Shown: in pieces, positions 17,072 through 24,000 of the stretch | Numbering within the stretch: position 1 is the stretch's first letter | How the letters are laid out: each line of letters begins with the position of its first letter | NCBI GenBank assembly: GCA_029194665.1 | Contig: JARFXO010000001.1 | Location: 882,484-906,483 of the forward strand | Length of the DNA: 24,000 nucleotides | Origin: Nitrospira sp. | GTDB lineage: Bacteria; Nitrospirota; Nitrospiria; Nitrospirales; Nitrospiraceae | Reading direction: 5' to 3' | Made by a program: the position numbers and the translations under genes | The notes under the pieces: generated by a model | Seen by the model: only the letters and a program-made list of their open reading frames with translations | Told to the model about the DNA's origin: nothing | The model's database searches: none

Positions 17072-17330
17072 GTCCCCCTTTGTTTCTCCCGTAACAGATT
17101 TTAAGGGATGATTCTACAGATCAAGACCTCAGCTCACGGACAAAGAGGCCTCACAGGATTGGGGCGCTGCCATCTTGTACCGCGTCAAGAGAAGAACGGT
17201 TGCCACTCGGGGTCATTAACGGGTTGTGAGCATTGTCTTGTGAAGTGACAGAGGGCGTCGGGAGGTTTGGGGAGGTGTGAGTCCATGGGATTATGAATTA
17301 ATGCACAAGACTAGACTTGACTCCGCCGTG
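17072..17330 (+). repeat. ~258-bp repeat unit, copy 2
   Basis: Direct repeat of 15277-15534. The equivalent 46-codon ORF lies at 17108-17248. Confidence 0.85.
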
Positions 17331-17480
17331 TTTTCCTTTATGACCTGGCAGAAACTGTCCAAACAAGCGGAGCCACCTCTGTTGGTGAAGCCAGGCTACC
17401 ACTTATCATACTGTCCGAATTTCCGGTGCCCCCTCTCGTGACCGGCTAAGACTTCTCGTCGAATGGGGCCAACGTCAAAC

Positions 17481-18950
17481 TCATGTGCTCTCGATAAGAC
17501 TGAAGGAGTCGGTGGCCTTTCTTAAATCTTCCCATACTTTTATTGAACTATTCGCCTGGGGAGAATAAGCTATTTCTACCAGAAAGTATGAGTGTTGCGA
17601 CTCCGTAAAGAACCACGCACGGGAAACAGTGAGCGGCCCCTCAACACCGTTGATTTTTATGTTGTTAAATGACACAGTCCCTCCGGTCAAAATCCCTTTT
17701 TCATTCGCCACAAGTCTATCGCAAACTGCGCCAAGCTGACTGCCAACGACGGAATAAAATGATGCTAGGGATCTAATAGGAGAACCTACCAACTTATCTT
17801 TGTGAAAAACTGTGATAGAAAACTCATTAGCTAAGTTCCACTTTTGAATTGGGAAGCTTGCTCTCATTACCTCTTCTGAAATTGACTTTCTCATATTTAA
17901 AAATTGCTTAAGCTCACTGGCCTTCTCTGGCGTTAAGTCCATTTGCATTTTGACTACCTTTTCAAAATCGCTGATGGTCTTAATTTTCCTAGCCGCCTCC
18001 ACAAGGCTCTTGGCATCATGGCTCCGTTCTTCGGAGGCGGTGCCAGCTTGAGCTTCTTCCTCCATACCTTTAACCATCTCTGCTATCATTTTCCTGAACG
18101 CGTCAGAATTCTCAATTCCACTTATTGAGTGCGCAATAGCTTCGTTAAGAATTGGTATAGAGGTATTTTCCGTTCTCTCTACAGCCAAAGACTCACTCAA
18201 TACAAAGACTAGGCTCTCGATATCTCGCAATGCTTGACCGAATGGATGCGCAGCCATTCGCATCATCATCTCATCCGTGACTCCATCTCCCAAAATCCGT
18301 TTTAAGTACTGATCTACCCCCTTAATTTGTTTTGGTTGCGGCCATTTACTATCTGCGGGAAGCTCAAACGCAAAACCGAGGATAGAATCTTGAAAAATCT
18401 TGGGGTTTGCTACCTTTGTTATGTCTTTTGAAATCGCTAATTGAGAAGTATTTACTGAAATCTCTCGACCGCCGAGGGATATTGCGATCTCCGCTTGCTC
18501 AGGACGGGCTGTGACTTTGATTTTGTCTTTTGGAAATGGATGTTTCTCCTCCCACTCAATAACGTCCTTTGATGTCGGACTTGTTGACATGAAATTCAGC
18601 CAATTGGTGAAATATCTTATTTGTTCAGGTGTATCATCAATGTCTTTTCTATGTTTGGCTGTACAGATTAAATAATCTATGACGAGTAGACCAGTATCTT
18701 GGTTTTGCAGTAACTGAGAAACCTTTGGATCGTTCTTATACTTTATAGCTGGTAAAGTTATAAATTCTCTAAATTTTCCCAGAGTTAAGTCCAGGTCAGT
18801 AGGGTTAATTCCAACATTTGCAGCTGGCCGCTTACATCCACCTTCCCCAACAAACACTCTTTCTTCTTGGATGGGTTCGTTAAACAGTCCGCATCCGGTT
18901 AATCCTAGTAACAGACCAAGGATAGGCCTCAGTGATGCAGATACAGACAT
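17481..18950 (-). CDS. Orphan lipoprotein (489 aa), no recognised domain
   Basis: I place the start at ATG 18950, 5 nt after GGAGG; the track's TTG start at 18971 is less likely. The lipobox MSVSASLRPILGLLLGLTG/C indicates a signal peptidase II site. The gene is visibly AT-richer than its neighbours. Confidence 0.8.
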   Translation of the reverse strand: MSVSASLRPILGLLLGLTGCGLFNEPIQEERVFVGEGGCKRPAANVGINPTDLDLTLGKFREFITLPAIKYKNDPKVSQLLQNQDTGLLVIDYLICTAKHRKDIDDTPEQIRYFTNWLNFMSTSPTSKDVIEWEEKHPFPKDKIKVTARPEQAEIAISLGGREISVNTSQLAISKDITKVANPKIFQDSILGFAFELPADSKWPQPKQIKGVDQYLKRILGDGVTDEMMMRMAAHPFGQALRDIESLVFVLSESLAVERTENTSIPILNEAIAHSISGIENSDAFRKMIAEMVKGMEEEAQAGTASEERSHDAKSLVEAARKIKTISDFEKVVKMQMDLTPEKASELKQFLNMRKSISEEVMRASFPIQKWNLANEFSITVFHKDKLVGSPIRSLASFYSVVGSQLGAVCDRLVANEKGILTGGTVSFNNIKINGVEGPLTVSRAWFFTESQHSYFLVEIAYSPQANSSIKVWEDLRKATDSFSLIEST

Positions 18951-19303
18951 GACAGCCTCCGTTTTTTGCAAAATTACGAAGCTTCAATATTGACTTGCAC
19001 AACTCATGAAATGCGCAAAATGGCAAGTTAAAATGTCCTTGAAACACGGGACACCCACTTTGGGCTTATCGGCCAGTGATATTGTGTCACGCACGACTAT
19101 TGACTTCACCAGCGTCATCCCTTCCGGTTCGTGACGAATCAACCCACGCTGCGCGACAACCGAGAAGAGCTATGTTCACAGGTCTAATACATCAGGCCGC
19201 TGGAGGCACGCCTGTTTCGCCCACGTGGACGCTCATGAGCACCTTGGAGCCAATCCCCTCCTGACGGAATGCGCTCGACTGACGAACCCACCGCTCGAAC
19301 TCA

Positions 19304-19546
19304 TCACGAAAGCATCGCCGGGAGCCCGGGACGCCGAAGTGAGGCGAGGACGATCGGCACATTGCTGACCTCGGCCCACGACAGCACCGCAATTTCCGGT
19401 GCTTCGCTGAACGATTGGATCAGCAGAAGCACTCCGAGAAAGAGGGTAAGGATGACGGGCCAGATCATCGATAAAGTACCAAGAACTAAGGCCAGGGTTA
19501 TCGCCGCCAACGTCTGCTGAACGAACTGGCTCTTGACCGTGATCAT
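19304..19546 (-). CDS. Small two-TM membrane protein (80 aa), possibly the N-terminal part of a frameshifted gene
   Basis: Strong SD (AAGGAGG) 6 nt before the ATG. Two hydrophobic helices (LAAITLALVLGTLSMIW, VILTLFLGVLLLIQSF). A protein-like reading continues in another frame downstream (..FRDEFERWVRQSSAFRQEGIGSKVLMSVHVGETG, 19192-19330). Confidence 0.5.
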   Translation of the reverse strand: MITVKSQFVQQTLAAITLALVLGTLSMIWPVILTLFLGVLLLIQSFSEAPEIAVLSWAEVSNVPIVLASLRRPGLPAMLS

Positions 19547-19861
19547 AAGGCCCTCCTTACTTTGCTCTCCACTTGCACGCTAAATATTATTGATTGAACG
19601 GGTTCCACCATGTCTCTTTGAAAGCGACTCAATACTGCGTGTTTATACGCAAAGACCATGCCGCGAAGAATCCGCGAGGTGGCGTGCGAATTCCGAAGGA
19701 TTGCCTTGCTGTTTCTGTAAGTAGTCGCCCCATGAGGCGTATCTCTTTCGATACACGAGGATCCGAATGGATTCAGTGAAGGCGTGCTGGGTCGCTGCAT
19801 GCGCGATCACAGGCGCAGATGCTGAGCATCAAGTGAAGGGATCACAAGGAGGGAAAAATTT

Positions 19862-19947
19862 GAGTCGGACCTTGAACAGTGCAAAAGACATGGAGGGTAA
19901 TACGTTCGTCCTCGCCCCACTCGGGAAGCTTGAGTCGCGCCTATTAG
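19862..19947 (+). repeat. ~85-bp repeat, copy A
   Basis: GAGTCGGACCTTGAACAGTGCAAAAGACATGGAGGG..TTCGTCCTCGCCCCACTCGGGAAGCTTGAGTCGCGCCTATTAG aligns with 20804-20885 at roughly 70-75% identity by eye, in direct orientation. Confidence 0.7.
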
Positions 19948-20087
19948 CCCCAATCCGAAAATAATTTCAGCCCCAATTGTCCATCCTGCGGGTCCTCTCG
20001 CGGCGAACTACGCCACCATGCTCACTCCACCCATCACTCGGTGGGGCCCTTCCGTTGCACGCGGTGGGGCGCCCGTGTGCCGGTTCG

Positions 20088-20357
20088 TTACGCCGCGACC
20101 TCGACCCTCGGATTGACCAACCGTGACCGAGGTGGCATGAGCGTGCCGACCCGCACCGACACGAGAGCTTGGCCCGGCTCTCGTCTCGCCTGCGCCAACT
20201 CCTGATTCCTGACACAAAGCTCCGGGTCGTCCTCCGGCAGCAGCACGATCAACGCATTCGCCGGAATCTTCTCCGCTACCTCGGGATGTTCGACCAAATA
20301 CAGGTCGAATTCACGGGAGAGCTTCAGATTCTTGGTGAACAGTTCCTGGTCTGTCAT
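20088..20357 (-). CDS. Small acidic protein, DUF5647-like (family name from memory)
   Basis: MTDQELFTKNLKLSREFDLYLVEHPEVAEKIPANALIVLLPEDDPELCVRNQELAQARREPGQALVSVRV matches a conserved-hypothetical pattern I recall from cyanobacteria and Nitrospirae. The start overlaps the stop of the upstream gene (ATGA). Confidence 0.65.
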   Translation of the reverse strand: MTDQELFTKNLKLSREFDLYLVEHPEVAEKIPANALIVLLPEDDPELCVRNQELAQARREPGQALVSVRVGTLMPPRSRLVNPRVEVAA

Positions 20358-20704
20358 CGGAGCCTCCCCTTCAGATACTGGGTCTTGTAGTCTTCCCAGT
20401 GTTCTTCGATGTCCTCATCGGCCACCGTGAGCGCCTCGGCCAAGTCCGTCGTCAGGAGCGGAATCTTCTCCGTGCGGCCATCTGGAAAGAGGCGATCGAC
20501 ATGCGGAAACCCGTGCGCGGTGTCGTACCGCACAACGGGACGCCAGACTCCCTCCACCAATGTCTCATATTGCACCACGAACCGGACGACCTTCCCTTGG
20601 ACGGTGGTATGTTCATGCCGTTTGCGGTCGGAGAGCGTGAGCAAATAACAATACGTGGTGACCTTCGTCACGCAGTCCCTTTCACCCGCGTCTGGTCTCC
20701 GCAA
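20354..20704 (-). CDS. Hypothetical protein, partner of the DUF5647-like gene
   Basis: Contains VVRFVVQYETLVEGVWRPVVRYDTAHGFPHVDRLFPDGRTEKIPL. A more likely start is GTG at 20671, 4 nt after GAAAGGGA, giving 105 aa. No family name I can assign with confidence. Confidence 0.6.
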   Translation of the reverse strand: MRRPDAGERDCVTKVTTYCYLLTLSDRKRHEHTTVQGKVVRFVVQYETLVEGVWRPVVRYDTAHGFPHVDRLFPDGRTEKIPLLTTDLAEALTVADEDIEEHWEDYKTQYLKGRLR

Positions 20705-20803
20705 ATCAGCGAACGGTTTACGCTAAGCGAGAGCGCACAAGAAAGTCAACGGAAACGCTGGCGGGAGAGTAGCGAGCATGGCACAGGCGGCATGGCATAG
20801 CTG

Positions 20804-20885
20804 GGCTCGGATCTTGAACTGTGCAAAACATTGAGGGCAGCGCTTTCGTCCTTGCGGCACCCGGACAGCTTGCGGCGCAACTTAG
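20804..20885 (+). repeat. ~85-bp repeat, copy B
   Basis: GGCTCGGATCTTGAACTGTGCAAAACATTGAGGG..TTCGTCCTTGCGGCACCCGGACAGCTTGCGGCGCAACTTAG. See copy A for the alignment. Confidence 0.7.
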
Positions 20886-21053
20886 ATGCGCGCGCACCGC
20901 GATCCGCCCGAATCTTGCCGACTGGAGTGGGAATGGAATTGACGCCAAACCGCCTTGTGCTGTCTTCCTGAAGCGGCTAGGATCGAGACCCTATGCTCGA
21001 CATCCACGCTCTGCCCCGTTTAAGTCTGCGCCCCTGGCCGTTCCGTCGCACCG

Positions 21054-22937
21054 ATGAGTAGTCCACCCGAACGCTCGACGTCCCCTGGGACAGCGCTGGC
21101 CGCGCTTGGCGTTGTGTACGGCGATATTGGAACCAGTCCCCTCTATGCGCTGCGGGAATGTTTTCACCTCTCCCAGGGTTTGTCGGTCACGCTTCCAACG
21201 ATCACCGGTCTGCTCTCGCTCATCATCTGGGCTCTGCTGTTGGTCGTGACGGTGAAGTACTTACTGTTCGTCATGCGAGCCGACAATCAAGGTGAAGGGG
21301 GCATTTTAGCGTTGATGGCCTTGGGGCAACGTCATCGAGAAGAGTCCGCATTCCCCTTGCGGATCGGCCCGGTGATCGCCCTCGGCTTGCTCGGAGCTTC
21401 ATTGGTCTACGGAGACGGCATCATCACCCCAGCTATCTCGGTCTTGAGTGCCATAGAAGGAATCGAGGTTGAGACCACGGCCTATCAGCCCTATACGCTG
21501 CCGATCGCCATCGCCGTGCTGCTCGTGCTCTTTGGGATCCAATCGCGCGGGACGGGACGACTCGGCGAATGGTTCGGTCCAATCATGCTGCTCTGGTTTC
21601 TCACGCTCGCCGCTTTGGGGACCAAGAGTGCGGTCCAGACACCAGAAGTGTTTGCCGCGGTCAGCCCCCACCATGCCGTCCAGTTCCTGCTGGATCATCC
21701 CGCGCAAGGTTTCGCGGTATTGGGGAGTGTGTTTCTCGTCTTAACAGGAGCCGAAGCTTTGTATGCCGACATGGGGCACTTTGGGAAGGCCCCCATTCGC
21801 CTCGGTTGGTACAGCCTGGTGTTGCCGTCGCTTGTCCTGCAATACTTAGGGCAAGGCGCTCTGCTGGTCCGGCAACCTGAGGCGATCACGAATCCGTTCT
21901 ACTTTCTCGCACCGGGATGGTTGCTTCTGCCGTTGGTCATGCTGGCGACGATGGCGACCATCATCGCCTCTCAAGCGATGCTGAGCGGTGCCTTTTCCCT
22001 TACCCATCAGGCGATTCAGTTGGGTTATCTGCCGCGAATGGACATTCGGTACACTTCCGCTTCCCAGATCGGGCAAATCTACGTACCGGCCATGAATGTG
22101 TTTATGCTGATCGGCACCGTCGGCCTGGTCGTCCTCTTCGGCACCTCCAGCAACCTGGCCGCTGCATACGGGATCGCTGTGGCCGGCACGATGGTGACTA
22201 CGACGCTGCTGATCTTCATCGTCGCTCGACGCCAATGGAAATGGGGCTGGCCGGCCGTCGTGCTCATCACCGGTTTTTTCCTGGTCATAGACCTCTCGTT
22301 TTTCGGAGCCAATGTGCTGAAGATTCCTCACGGTGGCTGGTTGCCGCTGGCCCTGGGAGCCGGTCTGTTTCTCTTGATGACGACCTGGCATGGCGGTCGT
22401 CGGCTCATCGCGAAGCATCTCTGGAGCAAAATGCCGCAACTCACGGCCTACCTGAAAGAGGTGCTGGGGCAGCCACTCACCCGGGTCCCTGGTACGGCTG
22501 TTTACTTGACCCAGTTTCCCGACCTCACGCCGCCATCCTTGGTACAGAACGTGCGGCACAATAAGGTGCTCCATGAACAATTGGTCTTCCTGACCACCAC
22601 GACCGCCCGCGTTCCGACGGTCACCGGCAGCCATCACGTCCGCATCGAACCTCTCGCCAAAGATGTCCGCCTGGTCGTGGTGCAATATGGGTTCATGGAG
22701 ACACCAAACATCACCCGCTTACTCACAGCCTGTCGGACGCAAGGGTTGGATCTGGACTTTCACCATGCCACGTTCTTCCTGAGTCGCGTGAATTCACTCG
22801 CAACACCGAAGCCTGGTATGGCGCTCTGGCGGGAACGGCTCTTCATCTTCCTCAGCCGCAACTCCCAGCTGGCGAGTTCCTTCTTCCATATTCCCGCTGA
22901 GCAGGTCGTTGAGATCGGCGTGGTCGTGGAGATCTAG
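21054..22937 (+). CDS. kup: Kup/HAK/KT-family potassium uptake transporter
   Basis: The N-terminus LAALGVVYGDIGTSPLYALRE is the Kup signature. About 12 TM helices are followed by a cytoplasmic C-domain ending FHIPAEQVVEIGVVVEI, a Kup-type C-terminus. Confidence 0.95.
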   Translation: MSSPPERSTSPGTALAALGVVYGDIGTSPLYALRECFHLSQGLSVTLPTITGLLSLIIWALLLVVTVKYLLFVMRADNQGEGGILALMALGQRHREESAFPLRIGPVIALGLLGASLVYGDGIITPAISVLSAIEGIEVETTAYQPYTLPIAIAVLLVLFGIQSRGTGRLGEWFGPIMLLWFLTLAALGTKSAVQTPEVFAAVSPHHAVQFLLDHPAQGFAVLGSVFLVLTGAEALYADMGHFGKAPIRLGWYSLVLPSLVLQYLGQGALLVRQPEAITNPFYFLAPGWLLLPLVMLATMATIIASQAMLSGAFSLTHQAIQLGYLPRMDIRYTSASQIGQIYVPAMNVFMLIGTVGLVVLFGTSSNLAAAYGIAVAGTMVTTTLLIFIVARRQWKWGWPAVVLITGFFLVIDLSFFGANVLKIPHGGWLPLALGAGLFLLMTTWHGGRRLIAKHLWSKMPQLTAYLKEVLGQPLTRVPGTAVYLTQFPDLTPPSLVQNVRHNKVLHEQLVFLTTTTARVPTVTGSHHVRIEPLAKDVRLVVVQYGFMETPNITRLLTACRTQGLDLDFHHATFFLSRVNSLATPKPGMALWRERLFIFLSRNSQLASSFFHIPAEQVVEIGVVVEI

Positions 22938-23232
22938 TTGGCTCAGTGAAGGGGACAATGACGCAGCCAATCGCGCTGGCCTCGATCAGCTCATTCGTCG
23001 CGCGCTCAACATAACAATCAGCTCCTCTGTTTCAGCCTCTGCTAGGTAGCAAATCGGACGCTCTATATTTTGAATCGCCTGGTAGCTGGATAAAGAAATT
23101 GCCCGTGCGTAGCTGAATAGAATGTCAAGGTTGGCCAGTCTCGTTTCCGCTGATTCTCGGTTGGGATCGGATCGGTGTTTGGAGTGGGGTGAACATCCGC
23201 AGAACATGGAGCTCACCCTCACTCATCGACTG

Positions 23233-23880
23233 CTACTGCTGTCCTTTTGCCTTCCAGTCGTCCAAGAACTTCTTCAGTCCAGCATCGGTCAACGGGTGTT
23301 TGAAAAGCGCCTGGAAGACGCTATACGGCATTGTGCAGATATGGCCGCCGGCTAACGCCGCCTCGACGACGTGCTGCGGATGGCGGACGCTCGCCACTAA
23401 CACCAAGGTCTTGTAGTCATAGTTCTTATAGATCGTCAGGATTTGGCGAATGAGCTCCATGCCGCTGGAGCTGATATCATCAAGCCGTCCGATGAAAGGC
23501 GAAACGCACCAGGCTCCGGCTTTGGCCGCCAAGAGCGCCTGTGTGGGTGAGAAACAGAGAGTCACGTTCACTCTGATCCCCTCAGCAGCCAGCCGCTTCG
23601 TGGCTTTCAGCCCTTCCGGAATCAGTGGACATTTGACGACGATGTTCTTGTGAATCTTGGCGAGCTCTTTGCCTTCCTTCACCATGGCATCCGCTTCCAG
23701 ACTCACGACCTCGGCGCTGATCGGCCCGTCCACGATCTTACACACCTCCTGCAACATTTCTCTGAAACTTCGGCCTTCCTTGACCACCAGCGAGGGATTT
23801 GTGGTCACGCCGTCGAGCAGGCCCAGGCTTGCCGCTTCATGGATTTCCTTGACGTTGGCCGTATCGAGATAAATTTTCAT
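23233..23880 (-). CDS. tal: Transaldolase type 3B / fructose-6-phosphate aldolase family
   Basis: [13 protein letters not shown]......[17 protein letters not shown] (active-site Lys region), [16 protein letters not shown]. The 215-aa length fits the short transaldolase class. Confidence 0.95.
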   Translation of the reverse strand: MKIYLDTANVKEIHEAASLGLLDGVTTNPSLVVKEGRSFREMLQEVCKIVDGPISAEVVSLEADAMVKEGKELAKIHKNIVVKCPLIPEGLKATKRLAAEGIRVNVTLCFSPTQALLAAKAGAWCVSPFIGRLDDISSSGMELIRQILTIYKNYDYKTLVLVASVRHPQHVVEAALAGGHICTMPYSVFQALFKHPLTDAGLKKFLDDWKAKGQQ

Positions 23881-24000
23881 GGCTGTCCCTTTCCTAGCGA
23901 AGAAATCGTGATGCGATACCCTTGCTATCGGTCATTTTATGAAGAACTCAATACCAGTGCAAGAAGTCGATACGCAAGTTTGACAGACTTTCGAGCGGAA

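Noticed and set aside
19862-20885. Integron attC sites or tRNA-like T-arms in the ~85-bp repeats
   Set aside because: There are no RYYYAAC/GTTRRRY core pairs; GTTCAAG breaks the consensus. The units have no internal imperfect palindrome. The GTTCAAG strings are not flanked by complementary T-stems. No intI is present in the window.
20860-21053. c-di-AMP (ydaO-type) riboswitch in the kup leader, prompted by CCCGAAUC and CCCGGACAGCU strings
   Set aside because: Only short fragments resemble the consensus. The characteristic GGGGUGAAUCC and ACCUCGUAAGCG blocks are missing. Part of the similarity lies in the ~85-bp repeat that also occurs away from any K+ gene.
21399-22685. Minus-strand ORFs (102 aa and 279 aa) and alternative plus-frame ORFs inside kup
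   Set aside because: They are Arg/Gly/Asp-rich with no motifs. The kup frame carries the full Kup signature from N- to C-terminus.
22986-23222. 78-aa minus-strand ORF between kup and tal
   Set aside because: It has no RBS, no recognisable motif and a GTG start in a convergent intergenic region. Evidence is insufficient to call it a gene.
1-24000. Scan for CRISPR arrays, tRNA, rRNA, tmRNA, reverse transcriptases and recombinases
   Set aside because: I saw no regularly spaced short repeats, no cloverleaf-compatible segments, and no RT, integrase or Cas-like ORFs. The only transposase is the IS5-family one at 14319-15079.

Overview
This window looks like a chromosomal segment from a complete ammonia oxidiser (comammox) Nitrospira. 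That assignment is inferred from my recollection of AmoA, AmoC and cytochrome c554 sequences, not from a search.

Positions 1-13520 are mostly recognisable, largely housekeeping or core-metabolism genes:
- The tail of a hydroxylamine-oxidation cluster on the + strand: a HaoB-like ORF cut by the window edge, cycA (tetraheme c554) and cycB (NapC/NirT-type cM552).
- A minus-strand trio: a membrane protein, a small hypothetical ORF and a YiiM-like MOSC protein.
- A complete amoCAB operon on the minus strand, followed by a terminator.
- A NarL-type two-component system directly upstream of amoC on the same strand.
- ttcA, a low-molecular-weight phosphatase (LMW-PTP), and a translationally coupled Zn-peptidase-like / ATP-grasp pair.

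Positions 13.5-21 kb are a mosaic accessory stretch with no recombinase gene. It contains:
- Two decayed copies of the 3' end of kup, in the same orientation as the intact kup at 21054-22937.
- A brnT/brnA toxin-antitoxin (TA) pair.
- An intact IS5-family (IS427-like) element with a frameshifted transposase.
- A ~258-bp repeat family: two full copies plus one solo end.
- A ~656-nt ORF-less group II intron on the minus strand, with recognisable domains V and VI and exon-binding sites that match its flanks.
- An AT-rich orphan lipoprotein gene.
- Small membrane ORFs.
- A coupled two-gene TA-like module bracketed by an ~85-bp direct repeat.

The window ends with kup (+) and a type-3B transaldolase (-).

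No CRISPR array, tRNA or rRNA was seen. All family assignments come from motif recognition by eye. No searches were run.
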